Source: Selaginella moellendorffii
Taxonomy: Eukaryota > Plantae > Lycopodiophyta
DNA length: 64,000 nt
Direction of reading: 5' to 3'
NCBI RefSeq assembly: GCF_000143415.4
Contig: NW_003314265.1
Coordinates: 1,446,446 to 1,510,445 of the forward strand
Shown: in pieces, positions 49,281-62,008 of the stretch
Layout: each line of letters begins with the position of its first letter
Position numbering within the stretch: the stretch's first letter is position 1
Notes under the pieces: generated by a model
Told to the model about the DNA's origin: nothing
Databases searched by the model: none
What the model saw: only the letters and a program-made list of their open reading frames with translations
Translations under genes and position numbers: made by a program

Positions 49281-50628
49281 TTACCATAGGGTATAAGCTA
49301 AAAACCACATATGCTATAATATCAAATTTAAAATATGATTAAATTTCATCCTGATTATTGTAGCATTTTCTATTTAAATTCACTTCTATTACTCAAGAGG
49401 TAGGGAGTTCAATACCTAATAATACATTACGTACTATTAAGTTAACACCTTATTCTCATCCTCTAGTTATGTCATTAGGCATATAGTGCTTGTAAGGATT
49501 ATAGAGGTAGATAACTAGCACCTTTTGTGAATTTAGCATGTAGTGCTTGTAAGGATCATTGGATAATTAATACCTTTGTGAAGTCCTCTTTGCTGGATTA
49601 GAAACCTCATTCCAGAAAGTGTTGTATAATATTATGATTATATGCAACATCTAGTTGTAGTGACTAAATTAGAATCAAACTAAGAGAAAAGATCCATATA
49701 TTAGAAACACCATCATGGGAAGAGGTGTCAGCTTTAACATAATCAACTTGGATTAAGTTTGTAAATATAAATGCTTAAGAGTCTTGAAGGTTGCCTTTGA
49801 TATTTCATTTAGGACCATTGTGACTACTAACTTAGTCATGATGAGTCCTTTGTTGTCATATGCTTAGTCTAAACAAAAGAAACTAGTGGCAAAATATGCT
49901 AAAAAATACTATATATCTATTAGTGTATTAATATATTTGAGTAATAGAAGTCTCTAGACTAATTGTATATTCCTAAAGTCTATCATACTTGGAACCATTA
50001 AAGTACCAACACCTGGAACTATTGGTGTAATAGGAATTTTGCTAGCTTGGAAAAAAATTAATGATATAGTTTTTTTGTCAAAGGTAGTTATAGTGTATGT
50101 GATTATGGGATGAAATTTGAATATATTATCACTATGAATTCTTGGAACTCGAAAGGATAAAATAGCCATTAAAGACTCTCTTATTAAGAAATTACCCTTT
50201 TCTAATTGAGAAAGGTATAAAAGAAAATGGCATAAGTAATGTACAAGTAATATAATGGTAATTATGTTGTATTATAATGTATTTAAAATATAATATTAAA
50301 CTGAAATCATATATAATAAATATCCATGAGTACATCCTTCATCTTACTTAGCCCCATTTGCAAGCCATTATAGGATTTACACATTTTTTAGTTAAAGATT
50401 GCTATACTACTATACATTAAGACATTTGATTGGCTAGGATTACATAACCAGCCAAAAAACTTCTCTAATTGAATATGGGCTTAAGTCTATAACTAACTAG
50501 AACTAGAACTTTGTACAATACAATTTTGGCTTACATACTCTATCACATTGAACTATATGATTGGACTAAGACACTGCATCGATATCACCTCAGAGGCATC
50601 AGGAATGCAAGAGCAGGGACACATTTAA

Positions 50629-52152
50629 TTATAAATGTTCCACCCAACTGTTGGCAAGCAATACCACCGCGCCACTGCCGGGTTGTCTTCCAAGAATTTG
50701 GGAACCCACCTCAGCTCCAAGCTTAAAATCTGTGTGGCTTCTGCAGGCAGCGGCAAAGCACACCCAGTCCAGAGCCTTGGCAATAAAGGGCATGGTACGC
50801 AACAGTTCCAGGGCGTCGCCGAGATAGCCAGAGCGGCCCAAGAGATCAACCATGCTCGAGTAGTGGTGCCTGCGAGGCTCCACTCCATAGTCAAAGCTCA
50901 TTGATGCCAGGAAAGTCCGGCCCTGCTTCACTCGTCCCTTCTTGCTGCAAACGCTCAGAATCGACAGGAAGCAAACATGGTCGGGATGATGCTCCATGTT
51001 TGCTGAATGAAAGAGAAAGAATGGATCGTTAGCACCATCACATCGATCTTCATGCTTATTTTGGGATGAGAAGGACGAGGAGACGGCTGCCAGCATTGAG
51101 CTCCACGACACGATGGAGCTCTCCGGCATTGCGCGGAACAAAGATTTTGCCTTTCCCAGATGCCCAAGCTGGGCATATGCCTGAAGCATCAGATTCCAGG
51201 AGCGCTGGTCACGGTCAGGCATTTCCATGAAAAACGACGTACTATCAAACACTAATCCATGTTGTGCGTACGCTGCTAACATTATGTTATAAGACGTCAA
51301 GCATTTTTTTTGCATGGAGTTAAACCATTGTCTTGCTTCGTCCAGATACCCGTTCTCGGCATATCCTCCAAGGATAGTGTTACAAGTCACCGTAGTAACG
51401 TATGGCATTTGGTTATAAACAAGCCTAGCGTTCTCAAGCTTCTTGTGACGTACGTACGCTACTATTACTGCCGTAAAAGTAAACAGGTCTCTTTGCGGAA
51501 TGATATTAAAAAGGTTCTCAGTTTCATGCAGTTCTCCTAAACGGGCATTTGCGTTAAGTATGATGTTCCAGCAAAAAAGATCACGGCATGGCATTGTATC
51601 AAAAATAAACTTTGCTTCGTTAAAATTATTAAATTGGGCGTAAGAAAGTAAAATAGCGGTCCAGGACATTAGATCATGCTCTGGCATCTCATGAAGTAAA
51701 CTCTTAGCAAGGTCAGATTGCCCTGACTGGGAATACACATAGAGCATTGCATTGCAGCAAATCACGTCAAAGTATGGCATCTCCGAGAAAATCCGGCTGG
51801 CATGGTGCGAATATCCTTCTTCCGCCGCCAATCGAAGCATCGCTGTGGCGGAGGCGAGGCTGTGCTGTGGCATCGAGTCGAAGAAACGCCGCGCCGCCTC
51901 CAAATGCCGCGCTTGGGCATAGGCGATGAGCATGAGATCCCAGGTGTAGCGATCCCTGGGCGCCACGCGATCAAACACCTCGCGCGCGCGAGCCGGATCG
52001 CCGCAGTTGCCATACATCTCAATGAGCTTGTTGAGGAGGAATGTGTCGCGGCTGGCGGCGACGCACGAGTGCAAGCACCGGGCTCGCGAGAGGGATCGGC
52101 AGTCGCGGAGGCGGTGGAGGAATTCCTGGCGGCGATCACACTCCTGGAGCAT
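50629..52152 (-). CDS. PLS-class PPR protein with a run of 31-aa (S/SS-type) motifs and a short E-like tail; no DYW domain
   Basis: Intronless 507-aa ORF; ~9 consecutive 31-aa repeats ending mostly in MP; HYSSMVDLLGRSGYL..MPF..W..ACRSH. Confidence 0.92.
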   Translation of the reverse strand: MLQECDRRQEFLHRLRDCRSLSRARCLHSCVAASRDTFLLNKLIEMYGNCGDPARAREVFDRVAPRDRYTWDLMLIAYAQARHLEAARRFFDSMPQHSLASATAMLRLAAEEGYSHHASRIFSEMPYFDVICCNAMLYVYSQSGQSDLAKSLLHEMPEHDLMSWTAILLSYAQFNNFNEAKFIFDTMPCRDLFCWNIILNANARLGELHETENLFNIIPQRDLFTFTAVIVAYVRHKKLENARLVYNQMPYVTTVTCNTILGGYAENGYLDEARQWFNSMQKKCLTSYNIMLAAYAQHGLVFDSTSFFMEMPDRDQRSWNLMLQAYAQLGHLGKAKSLFRAMPESSIVSWSSMLAAVSSSFSSQNKHEDRCDGANDPFFLFHSANMEHHPDHVCFLSILSVCSKKGRVKQGRTFLASMSFDYGVEPRRHHYSSMVDLLGRSGYLGDALELLRTMPFIAKALDWVCFAAACRSHTDFKLGAEVGSQILGRQPGSGAVVLLANSWVEHL

Positions 52153-52523
52153 CGAAATGGATGATCGATCAAAGAGGAAGAAGAAGAAGAAGAGTCATCT
52201 CAGCTACCTATCCAACGTTCGATTCCGAGCGTTGACGAGAATAAAAAATATAATGGCGAAGGAAGGCACGTCGCCGCGATGACGATGACGCTGCGTTCTT
52301 TGATTTGTTCGTCGCCAATGAAGGATGGATGGATCGTCGCGTTGCCGCGCGGCGGCACCCTGGCGGCGCCGCTCGCCGTGTCCTCGTAGCCGGTGCACTC
52401 TAAAGAATCCCTCTTTCTCTTCCCCTCCTCTTTCCTGTTCTTGCAAGAAATCTCTTTCATTTCCCGGATGCGTTCCCAGGGCGCGGTACCAAGCCGCGGC
52501 AGGAAATAGGGTTACGCCGATCG

Positions 52524-53318
52524 ATGGATCGACAGGAGAATCCCAGGTACAGTAAGAGGCTGCGAGCCAAGGCGGAGGAGAAATCCCCGGTGAAGCGCGA
52601 GCCGCCAAATGCGGATGAAATCCTCCTCCGCTCGGCGCTGGATCGGCCGGAATACCATCCGGATTTTGGGATCGTGATGAGCGCCCAGCAGCTGGACGAA
52701 TTGCGGCGCCAGATCGCCGTCTACGCCACGATCTGCCAGCAGCTGGTGGAGATGCACAAGGCGTCAATGGCGAATCCCAACGGTATGGTCTTATAGGTAC
52801 CATTTTTTTTTCCTTTTCGCTTAGCTTAGAACGAAAGAGAACTAAGGACAAAGTTTATATGATGGACAGGAACTTCTAGCTCTAGACCACCGCCGCCATC
52901 GCCGCTACCGCCGCCCGTGAAAGCCACCACTCGCCAGAGGTGGGCGCCCAGCCAGGCCCAGGTCAAGCTCCTCGAGAGCCTCTACGACGTTGGAATGGGG
53001 ACGCCACACAAGCAGCGAGTGCGAGAGATCACGGCGGAGCTCAGCCAGCTTGGGCCGGTGAACGAGTCCAACGTTTACAACTGGTTCCAGAACCGAAAGG
53101 CCAGGACGAGGAGGAGGAATCGGCAGCAGCCGAGTGCTCTGGGAGGCCTGGAGCCACAGAACTTTCCTCACAGGGAGCTCGAGGAGGTGGATTCGGAGGT
53201 GGACGCCATGGAAGGTGGTGGTGCTCGTGGGTCTCCGGGAGTGTTGAAAAGGCTCAAGCCAGAGGGCGCTGGTCCATCAACCGAGCACGCTCCACACTCC
53301 AACGCAAGTCTCCTGTGA
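52524..53318 (+). CDS. WOX13: WUSCHEL-related homeobox protein, WOX13/ancient clade; 2 exons (52524-52782, 52870-53318)
   Basis: QLDELRRQIAVYATICQQLVEMHKA motif plus homeodomain RQRWAPSQAQ..NVYNWFQNRKAR; frame-consistent GT-AG intron. Confidence 0.9.
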
Positions 53319-53780
53319 CGGTTTTTCGATGCAGTTCTTCGGCTTGTTTTTTTTTTTTGTTGTTGCTCGAGGACTTATATACCGAAATTGTGCAGGTTTT
53401 CGGTCGTCCTCTCGAAGTAAGACAAAATTTTGCAACTGAAACTACTTTTTTTTTTTCTTTTTTCTTCAGTGTCAAGCGGTCCGTGGTTCAATTCCAGCCA
53501 TTTTGACGTCGTGACATTATTTTGTGGTGTCTGGGACAACGGCGCTCCTGCGCCATAGCTCCAGGTAAAGTGTGTGTGTGGTAGTCTGGTTTAAGCTCTT
53601 AGAGCTGCTTTGGAACATGTTTGGAGCTATGCTCTCTAGCGAGCCGAGCTGAAACGACGCATTCCATCACAGATTAGGTCTCAGCAGCTTAGGAACAGTG
53701 TTCGATTGTTTGAGCAAGAGTCACTGACTGAAGATTTGTTTGTATTTTTTTTGTTTTCTTTGTTTTTTGAGCAGAGAACT

Positions 53781-54397
53781 ATGGCTTGTACTCTTACTCA
53801 GGTAGCGCATTTGTGGCCCTCTACTTCACAAGTATCGAGATTCAACACAATCTTTGCTGGTAAGGTTGCTATTTCCTCGTTGGTCCTCGACCGCTCATCT
53901 GTTTTCCATGAACCAGAGGCAGATAAGTGTCACAAATGCTTCACGAGGATAATTGCGAGCCATGCAGTCCGTGCAGCCTTACCCGGTGGCCTCGGTGGTG
54001 GCGTTCTCGACAAGCCTGCGATTGAAACGGCCCCGACCCCAGGCCGTGAATCAGAGTTCGACCTCCGGTAAGCGGAAAGTTTTCACGAACTTTGAGCCGG
54101 ACGTGAGTGACCTTACTGCTTTCGAACTCCAGGAAGAAGAAGAAGATGGCTCCTCCCTACCGGGTCATTCTCCACAACGACAACTTCAACCGGCGGGAGT
54201 ACGTCGTCCAGGTGCTGATGAAGGTGATCCCGGGGATGACTCTGGACAACGCGGTGAACATAATGCAAGAAGCGCACCACAACGGGCTGTCCGTAGTCAT
54301 AGTTTGCTCCCAGGAGGACGCGGAAGAGCACTGCACGCAGCTCAGAGCCAATGGCCTGTTGAGCTCCATAGAGCCGGCGAGCGGTGGAAGCTGCTGA
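53781..54397 (+). CDS. CLPS1: Chloroplast Clp protease adaptor ClpS1
   Basis: GGGVLDKP..PGRESEFDLR | KKKKMAPPYRVILHNDNFNRREYVVQVLMKVIPGMT..AEEHCTQLRANGLLSSIEPASGG. Confidence 0.93.
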
Positions 54398-56317
54398 ACA
54401 GGAAAAAAAGGTTTTTGGAGGACTGGTGATGGTGCTGCTGTACATGGGGGACGGACGGGAACGCTTTTAGGCTGGTGTCTGTACAATGGATTCAGAGGCT
54501 AGATTGCTACTCAAATTAGAAGAACAGAGAATAGAGAGATCGCACGCATCAGTACCAACGGGGGACTCGAAGAACAGGCCGATAGGATAGCGAGGTCGTG
54601 AAAGGTTGTCTGGGAGGGAAGGAGACAAGGCTTATCATTCTTATCTTTTGGGTGTCTAGCTTGTCCGTGCTTGTCCTTGGCTGACCAAGACGTTAAGATG
54701 TTTGCTTGATGGTTTGTTTTTGCAGCTGTAGGCCGGGCATGCACGTACCGGAGAGGACGATACCAATGTCATCATCGTGCGTGAGTGTCTCCTTTGTTCG
54801 TTTTTCTTCTTTTTCTCTTGCCTTGACTGACTTGATTCGTGCTTGTTGGCAGTAAATCGCAGCGACGCGAAGGGAATTTTCCTGCTGTTGGAGCTACAGG
54901 GCCTGTCAAGGTCGGTATTGTGGAGCATCTTTTTTTTCTTGTACAGGCAGTCCCCGACAAGGCGAGCTGCTCGAATCGGGAACGATCGTCAAAACGGTAC
55001 AAAAGGATTTTGCTGCTTTAGGGGAGTGGATTCTCACGAATCCCCTCCCGCTTACTTACGACGTTTAGCACTTGTTCTACAGCGCTTGTTTGCCGCGAGA
55101 AGTGTCAGCGGTCATGGCTTGGAAGTCGGAGGAATCAAAAGAAAAGGATGATCATAGGCTATGCGAAGACTGTCCCTCCGCCGCTACATCACCAAGCGCT
55201 ATGCTTACGTGCGTAGTGCCCTGTCACAATCATTTGGGAGAAACAACAACGAAAAAAAAGAGAAGGGGTGCATGGAAGTCGAAGTGGCTTGCTTGCTTTT
55301 GCTTTTGCTTTTCGGCTAAGTACTTACAAAGGATTAGTTTGACCGGGAGGACTTCCATTGACCGGCTGGAAGAATGTTCTGTAGGATCAGTCAGGGCCGC
55401 ACGTACTTAAATTATAAGAATTGAAAAAGGTGGCAATTGTCTTTGCACAAAGTTTCAAGGGTTAAAGACACATGTCCAGCTTTGACTGAAACCAGCAAGC
55501 CAGAAAGAGGCAGTCAAACATGTACCTGAAACCCAACTATAAAGTTTTTCCATCTTTTTCCTTTCCATTGTAATTCATTCATTATTGTGAAGAGTTCCTG
55601 CTTTGCTCTAATCTGTTTTAAGAAGTGAGTGGATGGCTAGACTGGATTGGAGGCGCCTTTGGGATTTGGAAGGTGGGGTCTTAAGTTCAACTTTTTTCTT
55701 CCCGGGGTCAACAACACTGCTACTACAAAACGAGGAAAATTTTGATCTTTCTCGTTACGTACAGGGCGCCCGTACCGCAGGCCCGTGGAGGCGGGGATAT
55801 ATTCTCTTATCGCTTGCCAGTAGTGGCTAGCACTAGTGAATTTCTTTCCCTTTTCTCAGACCTCTTTTTGCTTGCTTCAATTCATTCTTTTCTTTGACTC
55901 TTTTCTCGTCAGCCTTCTCGTTGTCTGTAGCACGCACTAGCGAGTTTGGAAGATCCTTGGATTGCGGCTTTGCTTATCAGAGCGAGTTAATGGTGTTTGA
56001 TCCTCTTTGGCCTGGTTGACTGACCGTTCGATCCTTCCATGGAACTAGAAGAAATGCCGCTAATGTTCCAGAGATAGAACTTTGACCAGGGAGTCCAAAC
56101 CACAAACTCCCAGGCCAGGTACCAACAACACCAACACTACAGGAAACGAAAAAAAAAAAAACAAGAGAGATGGGAATCCGCATTGATGAACAAAGTGGTA
56201 CCATCTTTTACGCATTTAAGTGCCATGCAGGGTTTCGAGCTTTCTTATTGTTTTTCGTTTTTTACCTTTTGTATGTACATAGATAGTTCTGAAGATTCTC
56301 TCTTTTTTTTTCGTATA

Positions 56318-59124
56318 CTAGACTTGTAGATATGGAATGGAACCAGGCGAAGCTAGGAATCCCTGGAACGGCTGGTGAACCAAGTCGAGATCGGGTTCTT
56401 GCTGCTCCAGCTTTGGCGGTCTCGACATGACCATGCTGCTTAGATCTTGGGCCGGGCTTGTGTGGTAAAACCCCGAGCCGAAGTTTTCACTAGAGCTAGC
56501 GCTACTGCCGAAGTTAAACGACGGAGCCGCCGGTGGTAGCTCCCGGTTCATCGAGAACATGTTCGTCACGCACGACGATGGCGAGCCCAGGCTCCCAAAC
56601 GAGGCGTTAAACTGGTGGAAGTGCTGGTTCATCGCCTGTTGCTGCGAGTGTTGGTGGTGGTGGTGGTGGTGGTTTTGTTGATCCAGAGGTAGCGGCGGGA
56701 GTAAAGTGGAGGATGATCTCATCCCCAAGTGAGGGAGAGATGGCGAAGTTTGGAGCAAGCTTGTTTGATCGTTGCTGCCATTGTTGGTGGTGGTGGTGCT
56801 GCTGTTGTTAGCGGAGATGTTATTGGCAGCGGCGGCGTGCTTTGGAGCTGGAACATCGTGGTTGTGCTTGCCTTCGTAAGTTGTGATAACAGACTTTGGA
56901 TCGTTGGAGGCGCGTTCGACGTGCTTGCGCACGGCGCAGCCGCTGCTAGAGCACTTGTAGTAGCTCCTGTTCCAAAACAAAATAAAAAAGACAAGGAACG
57001 AGTCAGCTCTTTGGATCAATCCGGAACAGGGTCACGCGGTTCTCAAGAAGTAAAAAACACTACCGTGGATGTGGATTGCCTTTGACGACTTTCTGCCCAT
57101 ACTTTCTCCAGCGGTAACCATCATCGAGAATGTCGATCTCGCTCAGCGTCTGGACTACAACTCGAGGCTCGCGGATTGTTCTCTGGATGGCCGTCACCTG
57201 GTTCGATCCATCCATTCTCCTGACAGAAACAAGAAAACCAAGTTAGCTGACGAACAAGTTTCCGCGGAAAACCAACCTTTTCTTGGACTCGCTCTCCTCG
57301 TCGTCGTAAACATCCTCGCCAAACTTCTCGTCGTCCAAGCTGGAGCATGGAGACAAGTGCTCGTAGCCAGCAGCGACCGGCGGCGGGGTGGCGCCGCTCC
57401 TCGGCTGATCCTCCCCAGCGGCGTCGTCGGGGATCACGGCAGCGCCGGCGGTGGAGCTCATCGCGCTCACGCTGTTATTGTAGATCGAGCAGGCGGAGCG
57501 GCGGCTGAGCTGCGGCTTGGCGTGGCAGTGCTCGCCTTTGTAGACAATCTCCGTGACTTGGCCGTCGTAGGATCTCTCCACCTTCTTCTTCACGGGGCAG
57601 CTCGGGTGCGTACACTTGTAGTAGCTTCGGGGGAACTCGCTCCCCTTGACTTGCTTCTGCCCATACTTTCTCCAGTTGAATCCATCCTCGGATGGCCGCT
57701 CCACAAAAGCTGGAAAGTTCTCTTGCTGCTGCTGCTGCTGTTGTTGTTGCAGTGGCTGATGCTGCTGCTGCTGCTGCTGCTGCTGCGTGATGTGTTCAAG
57801 CTGCTGATGGTGATGCTGTGGCTCTTTGAAGCTTGCAAAGGCTTGCTCGCTGTGATCGAAGCCCTCGGCCATCAAACGCGTGAGGGAGTTTGAGTTTTGG
57901 TCCGGGTGGTGATCCATGAAAGCGGTCGAGTCGCGGAGTTGGCTCTCCTGCTTGATCGCCAGGTGGTGCTGCTGGGACATTTGGATCGGGAACTGCGCAA
58001 AGTCCTGGTGAAAGTCCCAGCCAAGTCAGAGGACAGAATACTTGTTTGACTGGAACTCTTACCAAATACGGAGGTTGCTGCTGCTGCGCAAATGGCTTGA
58101 ACACAAAGTTACTGTTGCTGGAGTTGGAGTTTGAGTTCATGGATGGATCCATCTTAGTTTCCTGCGATGCGGAAACGAGTGTCCCGGTTGTGGGCGACGA
58201 TGCCTGAAAAAATCGAGCCCAAAGATCAATTAAGTTGCGCGCCGGAAAGAGAAAGGGAGAAAGCGATCGAGTGAAAGATTTATGAGTGAGACAGTGTGAT
58301 CTTCTTTAGCAGCTCTCTTCCTCTCTGGCTCCATCCATAGCCAGCCAGCCAGCCAAGCCAGTCAGTCAGTCAGTCAAAAGATGCTCTCGAGCAAAACCAT
58401 GAAAGCGAGACCGAAGACCGGGTCAAAGTTCCTCGTGCACGATCTAACGAACGCTCGCTAAAACTAGAGACCCATGAGAAAATCCGGTAGACGGCTCGGC
58501 TGGACGCATCAGAGAAAACAAAACGAAGAACACTGGAGAGAGTGGACAAAGCTTGTATAGTTGCGCTCTCCAAACGACTCCAAGAACCAAAGACTGGAAA
58601 GGGGAACTAGAAGAAGAATTTGATGGGAGAGTGAGTCTACAGACCTGGAGCTTGGTGGAGCTGAAGAGGACTGGCGAGTCGAGCAGCAAGCTCGAGGGGC
58701 TGATGCCGATCCCGGCGGGGATGGTGAAGCAGTTGGAGCGCGCCGGGGTGGAAATTGGATCGATTGATCGGCACCCATTTGGATTGTCTCCGCTGGCGGC
58801 ATTGTTCCTGGCTGCCAGGCGCTCCGCGAAGGATGAGGACGACGATGAAGAGGAGGAAGAAGGAGCCGATGAGAGCAAGCGCCCTGGTTGGGAGGAAGAA
58901 GCTATGGAGGAAGAAGAAGAAGGAGAGGAAGACATGGAAGGAGGAGGAGCCCTATTCTCCGAGCGGCGATGGTGGTCTTCCGTGGGCGAGCAAAGGAAGC
59001 TGGAGACCAATGAGGTGATGGGCGTGAGCGGTGGCCTTGGATTCCCCTTGCGCATCACGAAATCGCTCATGTCCGGCCACGGCAGCGACGATCGGCTGCT
59101 GTTCTCCGATTCCTCATCCATCAT
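56318..59124 (-). CDS. Group I WRKY transcription factor (two WRKY domains), multi-exon
   Basis: [28 protein letters not shown] and [19 protein letters not shown]|RSYYKC..HNH; N-terminal SP cluster ([19 protein letters not shown]); polyQ. Confidence 0.95.
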
Positions 59125-60538
59125 CACTGGCGCGCGCGCGATCTCCGATCGAGAAGCAAAGAGGGCGAAACGAATGGAATTATTGGGGATTGGAATGCTC
59201 TCTTGTGATCTTCACGGGACCAATTCCTCGCTCGCTCTCTCGCTGCCGATTCACGTGGTCAAACAAAGAGAGAGGGGTCTTCTTCTTTCAATCTGCCAAT
59301 CCTTGGCAGTGACAGGAAGAACAAAGCAATGCCATGTCTGGAGGTGAGAGAGAGAGCGTTTCGGCAGACCCAATCCACATGGACCAAGAATGAATGCGCG
59401 GGTGCACGAGCAGCCTTCGCCATCGCCCCATTAACAGGTTAAATACAACGCGCGAAATACATCCTGGCCGCCCACAGCGGGGAATCCGACGGCTCTCCCA
59501 CGAGAGGGGATCTGCACCGTCCGACCCCTCCGACGGGTAAGATTCGCGTTAACCCGGTCAGAATGATCTCGGTCGTCGGGTGTCAATCCGACGGACGTCG
59601 TTGTGGGATCCAATGGCTGGCATGCCATCCATGCATGCAGCTGCGCCCACGTCCACGTGTGCTGGCCGTGTTCGTTGGATCTCTGCCGATCGGAGGGCCC
59701 CTGACTGGTCAAAGCCCTGAAGTGAGTTTCTAGCTTGTTGCTAGGAAACCCATGGCTTGACTTGGACTGGCCACCGTAGGCAACGGGAAGGGCATATTCC
59801 ACGGGATAATCACGTCAAAGCGCGTGATCGCTTCGCGCGCATTACACTTTTGTGATCTCTCCCTGTGTTGCTCTTGGCGATTCATATCTTTTCCGCGTAA
59901 ATCTCTTGGCCACTCGAAGACGCGCGTAGAATCCCACAGGAGATGGGGTCATTGGTGAAGCTGCTAGGCAAGAAGGCGGGGAAATGTGAAGTTTCGGGGA
60001 GGGCCTGGGCAGATTCTCACGAGCGATTCTGTCCTAGCCAGATGATGCAGCAACTAAATTCAATCTCTCCTTTGGGCGGGTCCAGTCTCAACTCACAGCA
60101 CGAAATAGCTACAAGAGAGAGCATTCATTGGTATTCTTCGTTGAGATTCTTAATGGTTGGACCTTAAAGAATTGTAACATGTCTGTGTATATTTGATTGG
60201 ACAATATAAAGTTTTCTGTTTCCTGGAAGCAATGCCTTGCAAATTAGATAGTTTGGGTCTTTCACAATAGCAACAGTCCTAATATTCCCACTCAGTAATC
60301 TTACAAAACTGGATAAAAAGTCAAACTATATCTACATACAAGAAGATTTTACGAGAAGTGCTCTCATGTGTTTTGAATGAGGATTTTGCTTTCTTGAGAG
60401 CTGCCATGATAAAACACTACCATGATAATAGAGTGGCTTGCCTGTTAATAATAAACTAGAGCTTATGATACTGAGTTAGAGGCACATTAAATATATTAGT
60501 AACCTTTTAAATTAAAGTCCATCATTAGGGTTCATAGC

Positions 60539-62008
60539 ATGTTAGGGCGGGAGCGCTTGGAATGGGAAGTGGCCACTCGCAAGATTGGAGTGGTGGTGCT
60601 TGATGCTGATCCTCCGGCCAAGCCCCAGTGCGCTGCGATGCTGGTGCCGCAGGGGCGGGAGCTAGACTGGATCTTTTCGTCAAAATCAGGGCAGCAGCAG
60701 CTACTGGCATCATCTGGCGTTGCGACGCTTATTCTCCTCTCCAGGGGAGGGCTTGGATCCGAAGAAGAAGGTCCAGCTCTGGATGAATGGGAGCTTGACG
60801 AAGAAGAGGACGAAGACGAGGAGCTCAAGAAATTCCTAGGCCCGTTTCTCCTCCAGCTTGTGAGGAACAAGGCGGGGCTAGACGAGATACAAGAGGTTCC
60901 ATTCGCGTGCTACCAGGACAATGTGGTTTGGTCTCGGGTTCTAGAGCGAGCTTACTCTCGCAAAACAGGCATGATGCTCGTCGAGGACGTCCGCCTCGAG
61001 GGTGGCCATCTCCGGAGGAGGCTCCGCTTCAAGAGCCTTCCAAATCTCATACAGACCGAGGTGCCGCTGCTGGGTGGCGATCTTGATCTCGGTCTCGATC
61101 GAACGGACTCTCCCTCGGCCTGTTCGATCGATCACGGGGTGCTGGTTCACGCGTACTTGGCCCCGCTCGTGGCTGGCTTCAGCTTGATCAGCCGCTGCCT
61201 TGAGTCGTGCTCGGCGGCGGGAGATCCCGCGGGGGTGCTGTGCGTGGGGATTGGAGGCGGAGCTCTGCCAATGTTCTTGAGCTCCCGGATGGACGCGGCG
61301 GTGGCGGCGATGGAGGTGGTGGCGGTGGACGTGGACGAGGTGGTGGTGGACGTTGCCAGGCGGCGCTTTGGTCTCGTCCCCGCCGAGAATCTCCGCGTGC
61401 ATGTGGAAGACGGCGTGGAGACTGTGAGGAACATCGCTAGGTCGCGGCTCGAGGACGGTGGTGGTGCCGAGAAGGAAAAGATGGCGGAGCATTTCTTCCA
61501 CGCGATCGTGGTGGACGTGAGCGACGGATCATCGAGGAGCTGCCCCCCGGAGGAATTCGCGGAGGGGGAGTTCCTGCGCGACGCTCGATCGGCGCTGGAT
61601 TCCGGAGGGATGCTGGCGATGAATGTGATGCCCCTGGGGGAAGAATCACACCGTGGGCTGTTGAAACGCATTGGTGAGGTTTTCGACGAGGTTTACCAGT
61701 CGGAAGTGAGCAGCGGTGACAACTTTGCTGTTTTCGCACTGAAGAATCCTTTGCGTGGTGTTTCGGTGCCACTCACTTGTAAGATTGGAAACTTGGTTGG
61801 CAGTGAGCTGCTAAGCAATATATTCAAAGTTGAGACTTCATATTTCTTGTGGAAAGAAAGCTTGGGATCGCAAACGAAGTTTTCTTGCTCGGAGAATCAA
61901 AATTTGCTCTGGTCTTTACTCGTAGGATCACAACTAGTTAGCAAACACGAGAGAAAAGGAAATGAAGCGAGCTTGTCTAGTAAGACAGAGGATCTAGCAC
62001 TGCCTTGA
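60539..62008 (+). CDS. SAM-dependent methyltransferase, spermidine-synthase-like fold (resembles the METTL13/eEF1A-KNMT C-terminal domain)
   Basis: AAMLVPQGRELDWIFS, RRRLRFKSLPNLIQTEV, VLCVGIGGGALPMFL, EDGV, IVVDV, GGMLAMNV; intronless 489-aa ORF. Confidence 0.85.
   Translation: MLGRERLEWEVATRKIGVVVLDADPPAKPQCAAMLVPQGRELDWIFSSKSGQQQLLASSGVATLILLSRGGLGSEEEGPALDEWELDEEEDEDEELKKFLGPFLLQLVRNKAGLDEIQEVPFACYQDNVVWSRVLERAYSRKTGMMLVEDVRLEGGHLRRRLRFKSLPNLIQTEVPLLGGDLDLGLDRTDSPSACSIDHGVLVHAYLAPLVAGFSLISRCLESCSAAGDPAGVLCVGIGGGALPMFLSSRMDAAVAAMEVVAVDVDEVVVDVARRRFGLVPAENLRVHVEDGVETVRNIARSRLEDGGGAEKEKMAEHFFHAIVVDVSDGSSRSCPPEEFAEGEFLRDARSALDSGGMLAMNVMPLGEESHRGLLKRIGEVFDEVYQSEVSSGDNFAVFALKNPLRGVSVPLTCKIGNLVGSELLSNIFKVETSYFLWKESLGSQTKFSCSENQNLLWSLLVGSQLVSKHERKGNEASLSSKTEDLALP

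Noticed and set aside
49700-50300. Coding remnant in the AT-rich spacer before the PPR gene
   Set aside because: Only short ORFs with no recognisable family motif
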